A DNA stretch of 64,000 bases from Octopus vulgaris (lineage: Eukaryota). A program made the position numbers and the translations under genes. The stretch covers positions 10,974,001 to 11,038,000 of the forward strand of contig OX597823.1 of NCBI GenBank assembly GCA_951406725.2, read 5' to 3'. The notes under the pieces were generated by a model, which did not search any database, was not told the DNA's origin, and worked only from the letters and a program-made list of their open reading frames with translations. This document shows positions 27,374-39,429 of this stretch, piece after piece. The number at the start of each line of letters is the position of its first letter. Position 1 is the stretch's first letter.

Positions 27374-27535
27374 ATAAATACGTGTGAACAGAGATATATA
27401 TATATATATATATAGTAGGAGAAAATAACGGATAGAATATAATGTTGAAGGTTATGAATACCAACAATAAGGCTGAGCAAAAACACAAAAGGGGTCTGTT
27501 CTGCATTACTAAATACGAGTAACGTGGGGACTCAC

Positions 27536-27626
27536 AAATGTATTATTACACTGAATTGTAAAATGTCCATCAAGTGATACGATGGAATTTGTTCCGAGAT
27601 AAAAACTCACACTAGGGATGCTTAAT
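27536..27626 (-). CDS. Candidate exon LSIPSVSFYLGTNSIVSLDGHFTIQCNNTF
   Basis: Strong acceptor ttgctttttctttatag and donor TTT|gtgagt; only one frame is open. Confidence 0.55.
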
Positions 27627-27912
27627 CTATAAAGAAAAAGCAATGGAAATGACTTCAATAAATTAGTCGATCGACACTTTTTTGTGACTATAGAAAATAT
27701 CAATTATAGTAGTACAAGGAAGGGAGTGATTCTGATATTGAATAACAACGGCATGGCTTAGGGACGTATATTCTGTCTATATGTATTCATATACAGCTAA
27801 ATTTCCTTTTCAGTTGTCACTTCGTATTAGCTATATTATGAATCATTATGTATGTGTCTTGCTCTGTACCTGCATATCTATTCATGCCTGCATGTTTGAG
27901 TGTGTTTTATTC

Positions 27913-27914
<2 letters not shown>

Positions 27915-27947
<33 letters not shown>

Positions 27948-28126
27948 TGTACGTATGTACGTATGTATGTATGTATGTATGTATGTACGTATGTACGTAT
28001 GTATGTATGTATGTATGTATGTATGTATGTATGTATGAATATATGTATGTATGTATGTATGCATGTATGTATGTATGTATGTATGTATGTATGTATGTAT
28101 GTATTTATGTATGAATATATGTATGA

Positions 28127-28159
<33 letters not shown>

Positions 28160-28210
28160 TGTATGTATGTATGTATGTATGTATGTATTTATGTATGAAT
28201 ATATGTATGA

Positions 28211-28243
<33 letters not shown>

Positions 28244-28345
28244 TGTATGTATGTATGTATGTATGAATGTATGTATGTATGTATGTATGTATGTATGTAT
28301 GTATGTATGTATGTATGTATGTATTTATGTATGAATATATGTATG

Positions 28346-28404
<59 letters not shown>

Positions 28405-28491
28405 TGTATGTATGTATGTATGTATGTATGTATGTATGTATGTATGTATGTATGAATGTATGTATGTATTTATGTATGAATATATGTATGA

Positions 28492-28523
<32 letters not shown>

Positions 28524-28950
28524 GTGTATGTATGTATGTATGTATGTATGTATGTATGTATGTATGTATGTATGTATGTATGTATGTTACAACTACAGCC
28601 GGCTATTACCGGTAAAGGTTTTAGTTGCCAATTCTGCACAAGACATTGTAGATCTTTAGCTGGGCTAAAAAGTCACATTCGATCACAGCGCCAGTAACAG
28701 TTAAGCTTCGTGCAATGGCCATACTCGATAACGAGGGAGCAGCCATAATGTATGTATGTATGTATGTATGTATGTATGTATGTATGTATGTATGTATGTA
28801 TGTATGCATTTATGTATGTATTTATGTATATATGCATTTATGTATGTATACATTTATGTATGTATGTATGTATGTATGTATGCATTTATGTATGTATTTA
28901 TGTATATATGCATTTATGTATGTATACATTTATGTATGTATGTATGTATG
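27915..28950. repeat. Long (TATG)n microsatellite
   Basis: Seen directly; split by an RTE tail at 28588-28748. Confidence 0.95.
28588..28748 (+). mobile_element. RTE LINE 3' end with a C2H2-type finger
   Basis: FSCQFCTRHCRSLAGLKSHIRS*. The tail CTTCGTGCAATGGCCATACTCGATAACGAGGG is shared with 48590-48636. Confidence 0.75.
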
Positions 28951-29250
28951 TCAATATTCAGTTTTACTTCAAGATTTCTTGCCAATAGAGAAAGAGCCGG
29001 TTTCTGATCTAAATCCAAAGTTCCTTCATTGGAATTTCAACATCAACAGAGTATTTTTGCATGTATGTGTGTATATGTGCATACATCCCACCACCTTGAA
29101 GAAATCAACCACAGAATTTACAGTGTTGCTCTAGCATGACCGAAGTCGCTTGGTTGAAGCGTATAAGCGAATAAAAGATATATAACTTAAATAAGATGCA
29201 CACAAGAAAGTGTTGTGAAATAATCAAACTTTTGAATCAGTTCAGATATA

Positions 29251-29670
29251 GTGATAGCATGTTGTCAACTTAATGTGACAGTCCCATAAAAGGGAAGAAT
29301 GCTACTGTTATTTAACCCTTGAAGTCAAAAATCAGTGAATGCATTTCACTTGAAATATATATGTTTTCAAAGGCGGATAGGCATCGACAGCTAGCAAACC
29401 ATGCTACTCCAGACTGATGATGAGCAATGACTCAGAAACTAGTCTCTAGTTGCTGGCTTTGCTGGGTGGAGGTGCTTATCTCCCCGTTTGAAAACATAAG
29501 ACCACAGGAAATGTGTCAGGTCCAACAAGAAACGGTGTTTCCTAGGGCTAAATAACAGTAGCTTTCTTCCCTTTTATGGGACTGTAACATTAAGTTGGCA
29601 ACATGCTATCACTTTATCGTGCTGCTACTGAATAAATCTCTCTGAGAGATTTAGAAATATATTATTTCTA
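29251..29670 (+). mobile_element. Fold-back element with an apical hammerhead ribozyme and a 13-bp TSD
   Basis: TSD CAGTTCAGATATA at 29238-29250 and 29671-29683. Outer arms 29251-29320 and 29542-29612, inner arms about 29359-29400 and 29457-29498. Confidence 0.75.
29409..29456 (+). ncRNA. Type I hammerhead ribozyme
   Basis: CCAGA-CTGATGA-TGAG-CAATGA-CTCA-GAAA-CTAG-TCT-CTAG-TT-GCTGG: full core, paired stems II and III, GUU cleavage triplet, one A.G mismatch in stem I. Confidence 0.75.
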
Positions 29671-29789
29671 CAGTTCAGATATATAAAGGTTATTTTCACT
29701 GCGGTTTGCCTTCGAAAAAATTCTGTTTTTAGTAACAACTATTCTAGTAAACAATGCATTTCCAGGGTCTGGTTTAGTGAACTATTTAA

Positions 29790-30686
29790 GCGGCAGTTGA
29801 CAGGAGAAATCGTCAGCAACCGCTAGTAGGTCACCCTGAAGAGGGCGATTACAATAGAATCGATAGTTTTTAGCAAAGAGCTAACAATAGAAAGAAATAG
29901 ATTCGAGGAAGAACGAGTTGAAATCTAGAAGAGGCGATTAGTAAGGGCATCGCGACCGACATGCTAGTGGAAAGAAAGGCACTTTACTATTTCTTCGAGG
30001 CGAGACACGAAGGCTGTTTTCTTAGAGCTAAAGCTCGTGCGCTCAAACTCGAAGGTACTAAAGTCGTCCGATGGGCCGGGTGGGTGGAAACATGACATGG
30101 CAACAAAACCACGATCAGGTCTTTGACGTGCACGTGCTACTCAGTACTACTCAGTGCTACTCAGATTTGCGCGGCTTTCCGTTAGTATTTTGCGCGACTG
30201 CTGAAGAAGGATTTTGACCGGCAACAGTAGTGGACTTTAGTTTGAAAGTTGCGGGAACAGAGACAGTGCCTTTTGGTAGAGCCCTCATCGATCTGCTCGT
30301 TTAAGCTTTACTTGAAAAGATGAGTGAGGGTGGAGAGGGAGATGTTGTCCTCAAGTGTCCTAATTAAAGGTGTGTGAAAGTTGTAAAAATAGCAAGAATG
30401 GATGGTGTCGCTCTAAGTACAAATTTGTGATTTGGAGAAAAGGAATTGAAGAGGAGAGTTTCCCTAGGTGTTCAAGGAGATCTTGAATAGTGGAGTTCCT
30501 AAACTGGCTCAAGAGATCCACGTCTACCAGGAGGACCATATCACTATCACTTTTTTTTAATGATGTATACTTTTTTCTTTTGTTTATATCACATACCGTG
30601 TATGCTTATTTTCTTTTTCATCTTTTCATTCTTTGTTTCTTTTTGTAATGTCCCTTCACCATCTCTCGCCCAGGTGGAAATTAAAA
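29790..30686 (+). mobile_element. Tx1/L1-clade LINE remnant (ORF2 linker fused to the 3' end)
   Basis: EARHEGCFLRAKARALKLEG...HGNKTTIRSL, then KIARMDGVALSTNL* and a T-rich 3' UTR. Confidence 0.65.
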
Positions 30687-30789
30687 GAAATCGTCATCAT
30701 CATTACCATCGTTGTCGTCGTCATCATCATCATCATCGTTATTGTTGTTGCTGTTGTTGTTACTATTATTATTATTAATATTCCGCACT

Positions 30790-31670
30790 CACCGTATCGA
30801 AAGCGTTTTATGTAGGATGTGCGCGGTGCCTAGTAGTGCTATTTTCTTTATGTTATATATACTCGTAAGTCCTGGTGTTTTTGCCTGAATATTTTTTATC
30901 ATACCTAATGCGCCTACTATGATAGGAATTGTTTCTGTTTTTAGGCTCCACATTCGAGTTACCTCTATTTCCAGATCTTTGTATTTTGAAAGTTTCTCTG
31001 TTTCTTTTAGAGAAACATCGTCATCCGTTAGTATTGATATATCGATTAGATTTTTCTTTGATGATCTTTGACAACAATATCCGGCATATTGGCCTTAATT
31101 TCGCTATCTGTGTGTATTGACATTGCTTTCTCATTTTCTGTGACCTTTTCTGACATGAGCCTATACCATCTTTTTTTTTTTTTTTTTTTGTTATTCCATA
31201 ATATTGGCATAGCTTCCAGTGTATATGGGTCCCAACTCTTTCGTGTCTGTGAACATATTCCTTCTTAGCCAAGACTGGGAAGCCAGCGACAATATGATTT
31301 ATTGTTTCATCTCCTCCACATATTCTACAGTTACTTGCATTTCTTTTCATTATGTGTTTTTGGTAATTTCTGGTGGGAAGGCTTTGATCTTATGCTGCAA
31401 TTAAAAATCCCTCAGTCTGCTTTGAGTCCTGAGCTTCTCAGCCATTGTTGGGATTTTGCTTTGACTATTTCTTTTCTGCTTAGTGTAAACCCAGTTTTTG
31501 CCATGAAGGGGATTTTCTTGCTATCCATTTATCATGATCCGTTGCTGTTCCAGTTTTAGTTTGGATTTGAGTTGTTTTACAGCTTTTGTTGTTTATTCTT
31601 TTTCTTCGTAGTTGTTAGGTACTATGACGTTTTTGTATTTGTCAGCTTCCTTAAAGACTGAAAATTATTT
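30790..31670 (-). mobile_element. R4/Dong-like RLE LINE 3' portion
   Basis: CRICGGDETINHIVAGFPVLAKKEYVHRHERVGTHIHWKLC (zinc knuckle and RHN/D motif), then KYKDLE...TETIPIIVGALG. Confidence 0.85.
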
Positions 31671-31674
31671 ATTA

Positions 31675-32074
31675 CTAGCAGTATCGCCCGGCGTTGCTCG
31701 GGTTTGTAAGGGAAAAGCTATATAAGCATTTTTAGATAGTTACTTCCCTTATATAATAGCAAAAAATGCATTAAAAATGGGAAAAAATGATGGTAAATTT
31801 TTTTTTAAATCATAGACTCATCGTAGACAATTTAGAGAGTTACTTCCCTTATATAATAGCGAAAAAATGCATTAAAATGGGAAAAAATGATGGGAAATTA
31901 TTTTCAAAATCGTAGACTCATCGTAGACGCGCGCTAATACCCAGAAGGGCTCGATATGTATCACGACTATAAGATACCCGGTTTTGGTTAAACTGCACCG
32001 CAAAATGTGGGAGTAGTTAGGAATCTAAATCGTAGGAGACAGACAGCACACAACCTCACTTTTATATATAAAGA
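31675..32074 (-). mobile_element. Non-autonomous Helitron, copy 3
   Basis: TC...hairpin-CTAG termini on the minus strand, A|T target. Confidence 0.9.
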
Positions 32075-32189
32075 TTATCATAGACATCGCATAGTATCCA
32101 ATATCGTGATCTTGTTGACTGGAGATATTGCGTTTACCAGAGGTTCGTACTATTTGTAAAGTCACAACAAGGACTTCAGACAGACAGTA

Positions 32190-32655
32190 CTTTACGCAAT
32201 ATGCGTACAGTTCCAAGTAATACTGACTTTTGCAAAATACCTAGAGTGTAGGGCATTTCTAAGATTTTCAGATGTTTTTTTTTTTTGTTTCAGATTGGGT
32301 AGTATTGAATCCAATGCTCCAATGACAATAGGGATAACCTTTATGTTTGACTCCCGTAGCTGCCACATCTAAGCGATCTCAATTTTCAGGTTTCCATATT
32401 TATCAACCTTTTCTCTTCTTTCATGATGATATGTTGATCTCCTGGCACTGCAACGTCGATTATTAGGCACAGTTGTTTGTCCCTCCTAAAGGTGACTACA
32501 ACCGGCATGCAGTGCTCTAACACCTTGTCTGACTGGAAATCAAAGTCCCGGAGGATCTTTGTCTTCCCCTTTTCGTCCATTACCTTTTCCGGTGTATGTT
32601 AGTACCAAGCACCCGTAACATTATGTCCATACTTACGACATAGTAACCAGTGAAG
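32190..32655 (-). mobile_element. R4/Dong-like RLE LINE 3' end (second family)
   Basis: KILRDFDFQSDKVLEHCMPVVV...CLIIDVAVPGDQHIIMKEEK matches the RLE PD..D motif region. Confidence 0.8.
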
Positions 32656-33244
32656 TATTATTGTCATTATTGTTATTATTATTGTTGTTGTTGTTATTAT
32701 TATTATTTTATTGTCTTTGCACAGCTTCTAACACTGGAGATGTACTACGGTAAGACCCCGTACTTTTCGAGCACCATCCGGAGTATTCGAGCGGTTCCAA
32801 TTATTATCCTTATCATTATTATCAGTAATATTCTTACCGTTCTTTGTTTTAGTTGTCACAGTTAATTTTATTTCTTTTATATCTATCGTTAGTATTCTTA
32901 TTATGATTGACATTTGAAACCTTATTCCTGTTTACATTTATATTATGCTTATCACGAGGGTTACCCTCATTAGCGTTATGCTTAGACAATATACAATTGT
33001 AATCATCGTCATTATTTTCGTGACTCTACTAAAAAGTATTTACTTTCTTTAATTTACCCCCACTAGAGTTAACCTTAATCCTACACTTGATTGTTCTAAC
33101 ATTTACAACACAGTTTTTAGTATCCATGTTTTTACCATTTCCTACATCCTTATTTTTGTCATGAAGTGTAGTATTTGCATTAATCTTAGTAGAACAGTAT
33201 TTCGTCCCACATAATTAGTAGCTATAGGAAAATTATAACCGTTC

Positions 33245-34000
33245 AGAAGATATGTTGCAATACGTACAGAAGCGACGAGAGGGGGCCTCCTTGACCGACC
33301 GAACGCGTGATGCTAAATGGTCTGCATAGATAACCATTTACGCGAACTACCGAGCGGATGCCGCGGTATAGGGCAACCATCCAACCACGGAAGATGGGAC
33401 CAAAACCAGCCGCACTAAGGACAGACTCCAAGTAGCAATGGTCGACCCTACCGAAAGATTTCGATTGATCCAAATTGATCAGCGCCCCACCCATGCTAGG
33501 TTCCTTACTACCCTGTCAATGATGTAGCGCATCTGATGGAGGTTGTCATGGATACTCCTGCCCGGCACGGCGCATGTTTGCGCATGTCGACCAGTTTCTT
33601 GATGACAAGCGCCAACCTCTTGGCTAGCACTTTAGCCAAAATCTTGAAATCTGCGTTGAGCAGAGTAATGGGCCTGAGGTTATCTATGACGTTCCCCTTG
33701 TTTGGATCTTTCTTTAGCAGTGCCATTGCTCCTCGCTTTACAAAGACGGGGATACCCCCGTTTTGCTGCCAGTTGCAGTAGACAGCTGCCAAGACGCCTC
33801 CAAACAAGCGTGGCATATGTTCGTAGGGCAGACCTGGCATAAAGTTCGTAGGGCAGACCATTCGAGCCTAGTGACTTGTCTCTCGCGCAGCCTGCCATCG
33901 CATCCCGTACATCTGCGGCTGTGATGGTTCTTTCACAACACTCTACCTCTCTTGCTAAGAGTCGTGGCAGGCCATGCAGGTAGGCACTAAAGTCTGCCCT
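33245..34000 (-). mobile_element. Tx1/L1 reverse transcriptase fragment
   Basis: LLKKDPNKGNVIDNLRPITLLNADFKILAKVLAKRL; LINLDQSKSFGRVDH; RSVGQGGPLSSLLYVL; frameshifted. Confidence 0.9.
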
Positions 34001-34715
34001 ATGTGAAAGGCCTCTCCGAAAAGATACAAAAGATATGCGGCCCATATGACATCAGGACAGTATTCAAGAGTAATACAACACTTCGCAAATATCTCCTCTG
34101 AGTAAAACCACCAATAGAAGAGAATATGGCCAAAGACTACGTGTACTCCATCCCATGTAGCTGTGGTAGGTTATACAAAGGCGAAACATGCCGCCCCTTC
34201 AAAATAAGGGTAGAGGAACATCGCAAAGCTGTGACACGAGGAGACGTTGATAAATCGGGTACAACTGATCATGTATGGAAAAATGGAAACCACCTCCTCC
34301 TGTGGGATGAAGTTAAAGTAATAGACAGAGAACATCACTGGAAAATACGAAAACTAAAGGAAACAGCACATACGCTAGAACACAACAACCTCCTAAATAG
34401 ACAGAGCGCAGATATGAATAACATATGGGAACCGGTATTAAGGAGGGATAGGAAAATATTAGATTTATAAGCCCTAAAATACACTCCACAATTGCCCACG
34501 GGCATATGACGTAGTGGTTAAGAGCGCGGGCTCTTATTGCGTAGTGGTTAAGAGCGCGGGCTCTTATTGCGTAGTGGTTAAGAGCGCGGACTACTAACCC
34601 CAAGATTCCGAGTTCGATTCCAGGCAGTGACCTGAATAATAATAATAATAATAATAATAACAATAATAATAACAATAACAATAATAATAATAACAATAAT
34701 AATAATAATAATAAC

Positions 34716-34759
<44 letters not shown>

Positions 34760-34860
34760 TAATAATTATGATGATCATAATGATGAAGGCTAGAAAAGTT
34801 GTGTTAAAAAACAAGATGAGGACAAATATCCGCCAAATGTAAATAATGTAAATAACGATC
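34000..34860 (+). mobile_element. Penelope-like element 3' part: GIY-YIG endonuclease, tRNA-like segment, (TAA)n and a hammerhead remnant
   Basis: ORF 34126-34470 reads VYSIPCSCGRLYKGETCRPFKIRVEEH...RKLKE...LNR. The downstream terminus matches 14640-14865. Confidence 0.88.
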
Positions 34861-34935
34861 CTGGCATATTTCAGGCAATGACTATACACGAGAACGAAAG
34901 AGCAGTCATCATGTATATACATACATGCATGTAAA

Positions 34936-36219
34936 CGAGGTGGTATCAAAAAGTTCCCGGACTAGTTATGCTTAATAAAAATAACTTATTTATCTAAGTT
35001 TTAACATCATTCGAAATAGAGACCTTGCGCAGCAAAACATCGGTCCCAGTGTTCATGCCACTTTTGGAATCCGCTCTGGGAGTCGTTTTCCATAATCAAG
35101 TCGAGGATCTTCTGTGGTTCGCTCTGGAACTCAACAACGGTTTTAAAACGGCGATCTTTCAGCTGCATTTTCATCTTGAGGAAGAGATGGAAGTCCGCAA
35201 TAGCTAAATCTGGCGAATGGAAGCACTCCGTCGGTTACGACGACGAGGGTTCCAGTTGATCCGAATCAACGGAACAGCCTGCTCGTGAAATTAACGTGTA
35301 AGTGGCTGAGCACTCCACAGACACGTGTACCCTTAACGTAGTTCTCGGGGATATTCAGCGTGACACAGAGAGTGACAAGGCCGGCCCTTTGAAATACAGG
35401 TACAACAGAAACAGGAAGTAAGAGTGAGAGAAAGTTGTGGTGAAAGGGTACAGCAGGGATCACCACCATCCCCTGCCGGAGCCTCGTGGAGCTTTAGGTG
35501 TTTTCGCTCAATAAACACTCACAACGCCCGGTCTGGGAATCGAAACCGCGATCCTATGACCGCGAGTCCGCTGCCCTAACCACTGGGCCATTGCGCCTCC
35601 ACATCTGGCGAATAGGGAAGGTGCGGAAGCGATACCATGTTCTTTTTGGCGAGAAACTCACGACTGAGGAGAGCTCGGTGACGGGTTGCATTGTGGTCCT
35701 AAAAATCCAATTCTCCCCGCTCTACAGATCCGGTCCTCGCTCAAACGCTTCAAAATTTCGCAGGAGAACTCTCAATTGACAGTCAGGCCCTGGAGTATGA
35801 ATTCTCGATGCATAATATTACATTTCCGGGGGGTGACGCTCGTGGGAAGTCTTCCAGGGACGTTATTCCACTTATGAAGCGCCCGTGTCACTCAAAATAT
35901 TGCGTACGACTCATCGCCGCGTCGCCGTAAGCTTGCTGAAGCATGCTCAATCTTTCCGTAGCAGACTTCCCGAGTTTAGCGCATAATTTCACGCTGACAT
36001 TTTGTCCCTGTCCATGACTACATCGCAGACTACAACACACACGCGATTGCAAAAACACAGATTTCACAGCTTGTGAAGTAAAAGCAGCAATGTCACCCGG
36101 CACACTGCGTCACACTGCGTCATAAAGGTCACTCCTAGTTCTCACTGAGCGCGCACCCATGTGCTGCCATCTATTAGCGCGCTACAGAACTAGTCCGAGA
36201 GCTTTTTGATACAACCTCG
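34936..36219 (-). mobile_element. Mariner element with both TIRs, internally deleted, carrying a nested SINE
   Basis: TIRs CGAGGTGGTATCAAAAAGTTCCCGGACTAGT and ACTAGTCCGAGAGCTTTTTGATACAACCTCG|TA. HTH region VKLCAKLGKSATERLSMLQQAYGDAAMSRTQYFE. Confidence 0.88.
35219..35602 (-). mobile_element. tRNA-derived SINE, family B, with an 11-bp TSD
   Basis: TSD ATCTGGCGAAT at 35208-35218 and 35603-35613. Confidence 0.93.
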
Positions 36220-36239
36220 TACGTACTTATGTGTACAAT

Positions 36240-36690
<451 letters not shown>

Positions 36691-37373
36691 TATACAGTTA
36701 CATTCATACATATATCCACTCAAAATGTAGATATGAAATATATACTTAATTGGTTGTGGTTTCACTTTTGCTCGTTTCTTTCATTCTCCCATCCCTTTCT
36801 TTCTCCTCTTTTAAAAGCGAGCTGACGTTTTCACGAACTCTAGATTTAAGCCACGCATTTTGTGAGAAAAACAGGAAGAAACGGGTAAGTGAAATTTTAT
36901 TCACAATATCTGTTCTTAACTTTGTACATCGTTGTATGTAAATACATTATATTATATATATATTGGTACTCCGTCGATTACGACGACGTGGGTTTCAGTT
37001 GATCCGAACTTTATCCAAAAAAACCTGAAAGCCTAACCTGTGTTGTGTCTGTATGGAAAGATAGTCGCTCATCTGCTACTCATTGAAAAGTGAAAGAAAT
37101 TGGAATAATACGATGATTACTTAATGGATCTTATATATATATATATACACTTTATATCGTTATACACAATTTTATAGACTTAATACACACCACTCATAAA
37201 ATAAATATTCACTTTATTTTTCCATTTTCCCCTATAAACCAAAAAATCCGTACGTATGATACAACTGTTAGTTAAATTGCATATATCTGCCACATAAATA
37301 AGCGTGAATGATTCACGGAATTCCACTTAAGTGCATGCGTTAAATGATAGGTGATATAAAAAACCTTTTTTTT

Positions 37374-37732
37374 ATTTTACTTGTTTCAGTCATTTGACTG
37401 CGACCATGCTGGAGCACCGCCTTTAGTCGAGCAACTCGACCCCGGGACTTATTTTTTGTAAGCCCAGTACTTATTCTATCGTACTTATTTTGCCGAACCG
37501 CTAAGTGACGGGGACGTAAACACACCAGCATCGGTTGTCAAGCAATGCTAGGGGGACAAACACAGACACACAAACACACACACACATATATATATATACA
37601 TATATACGACAGGCTTCTTTCAGTTTCCGTCTACCAAATCCACTCACAAGGCATTGGTCGGCCCGGGGCTATAGTAGAAGACACTTGCCCAAGATGCCAC
37701 GCAGTGGGACTGAACCAGCCACTCCAGCGCCT
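37374..37732 (-). mobile_element. tRNA-derived SINE, family A (head partly deleted)
   Basis: Matches 19234-19782. Confidence 0.9.
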
Positions 37733-37744
37733 AGTTAAATTTTT

Positions 37745-38770
37745 TTTTAAATAATCTTTTCATTATCCAATTTTTTAATATTTTCAGATTTGTGTTCTAC
37801 AAACTCTACCTCGTATGATTAGGCAAAGAAATTTTGTTTTTTGTTTATATATTTTATTTTACTCCACCCCGAAATTATCAAAATTCGAAGGGTAGGTTGG
37901 GACAAACTCAAAAAGCAATGACTTGGAAAATACATATATAGGGTGTTATCCGGATAAACAAAATAATTATTTGGGACAAATTGAAAATAGAAAAGAAAGG
38001 AGTAATGATTAATTAGGATCAAACAAAATTAGAGCATCATTCGGATAAACAGAATAGGGTAATTTAGGACAAACTTAAAGTGAGGATAATGGGGGGATTT
38101 GGGACAAACTAAAACAACGATCATTTGGAAAGAGCATAAATTGGGTATTTTTCGGATAAACAACGTAATTATTTAGGATAAATTTCAAAACGAAGGGGCG
38201 GGTAATTAATTTGGAACAAATAAAATTAGGTATCGTTCAGATAAACAAAATGGGTTAGCTTAGGACAAATCGCTGTTTTTTGAGTTTTTCCCAAATTACC
38301 TCTCGATATTTGAGAATTTTATAGAAGGGTGGATGAAAAACTTGAATAATTTTTTAAAACTTTTTTGCTTAATCGTACGAGATAGAATATGTACAATACA
38401 AACTCGAAAAAATATTCTGAAACTACTAAACACTAAAAAGGAACCCGATTTGTGTTCTCCAAATGATCGCTGTTTTAAGTTTGTCCAAAATTACTTCATT
38501 GTCTTCTTTCTGAGTTTGTTCTAAATTACCCCATTTTATTTATCCGAATGTTACCCTAACTTTTATCTATTCCTAATTAATTATTAATCCTTTTGTTTAT
38601 CCGAATAACGCCTTATTTATGCATCTTCGAAGTCATCGCTTTTTAAGTTTGTCCCAAATTACCCTTCGAAATAAGAGAAGAATAAAAAGTTTAAATCCCC
38701 AAACTTTTGCTTAATCGCACACAATTCGAAAAAAGTTTCTGAAAATATCAAAAACTAAAAACGTTACGAC
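37745..38770. mobile_element. Palindromic non-autonomous DNA element with internal GGACAAA and CGGATAAAC sub-repeats
   Basis: The left half carries repeated TGGGACAAA and TCGGATAAAC motifs. The right half carries their reverse complements (TTTGTCC, TTTATCCGAA). Confidence 0.55.
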
Positions 38771-39000
38771 CCGTAGAACTATCTGAACTCTGAGACTGCT
38801 AGATCAACCAACTGGGTTTTTTTCTTTTGTTTTTGTTTTTCCATTGGCTACACATTACAGAAGGTAGTGATAACACAAGATCAAATAGATCTTGTATAAG
38901 ATATTTTCTTAATTTATCGATCATGAAAGGTTTTCAAAGTAAATTCGACTTTGCTGCTGCTATAACGTAAACCCACATAACTGAATAGTACAACACATTA

Positions 39001-39429
39001 TGGATCTTTTCGGTTTGAACGGCAGTTTTTTCTAGCGGTGTCATATGAAATTGTCACCCATAATTATGACCCTAGAATCGATCTATTGCATTTCAATCTC
39101 TTTTAGGGTTAGAGTTAGTTAGGTTAGGGGTAGGGGAAGGGTATCTTTTTTTCTTCACAAATGTAAATAAACCCAATCTGTTTCTTAAACGAGGGACATA
39201 TTCATACGGCACAGAATGTTTTTTTTTACCTCAATGGACGTCACTGATTGGTTGAAATTGCAGAAATTGAAGAAAAATCAACAAATATCTTACAAACTAT
39301 AGAATTTTCTCAATAAAGCCACGAGAAAAAGATGTTTTATAAACACATTCTACCAGTATACGAAGTTTAAAATTTTTTTGTTACCTAGAAATTATGTTAA
39401 AAAATTGCCGTTCAAACCGAAAAGATCCA
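39001..39429. mobile_element. MITE with ~30-bp TIRs and an internal telomere-like tract
   Basis: TGGATCTTTTCGGTTTGAACGGCAGTTTTT ... AAAAATTGCCGTTCAAACCGAAAAGATCCA, with ACATTA on both flanks. Confidence 0.85.

Noticed and set aside
28610-28697. C2H2 zinc-finger gene exon
   Set aside because: A single finger followed by an RTE tail shared with 48.6 kb; it is a LINE ORF end.
34511-34590. CRISPR-like 30-bp repeats
   Set aside because: Directly tandem with no spacers, in a eukaryotic context with no cas genes.
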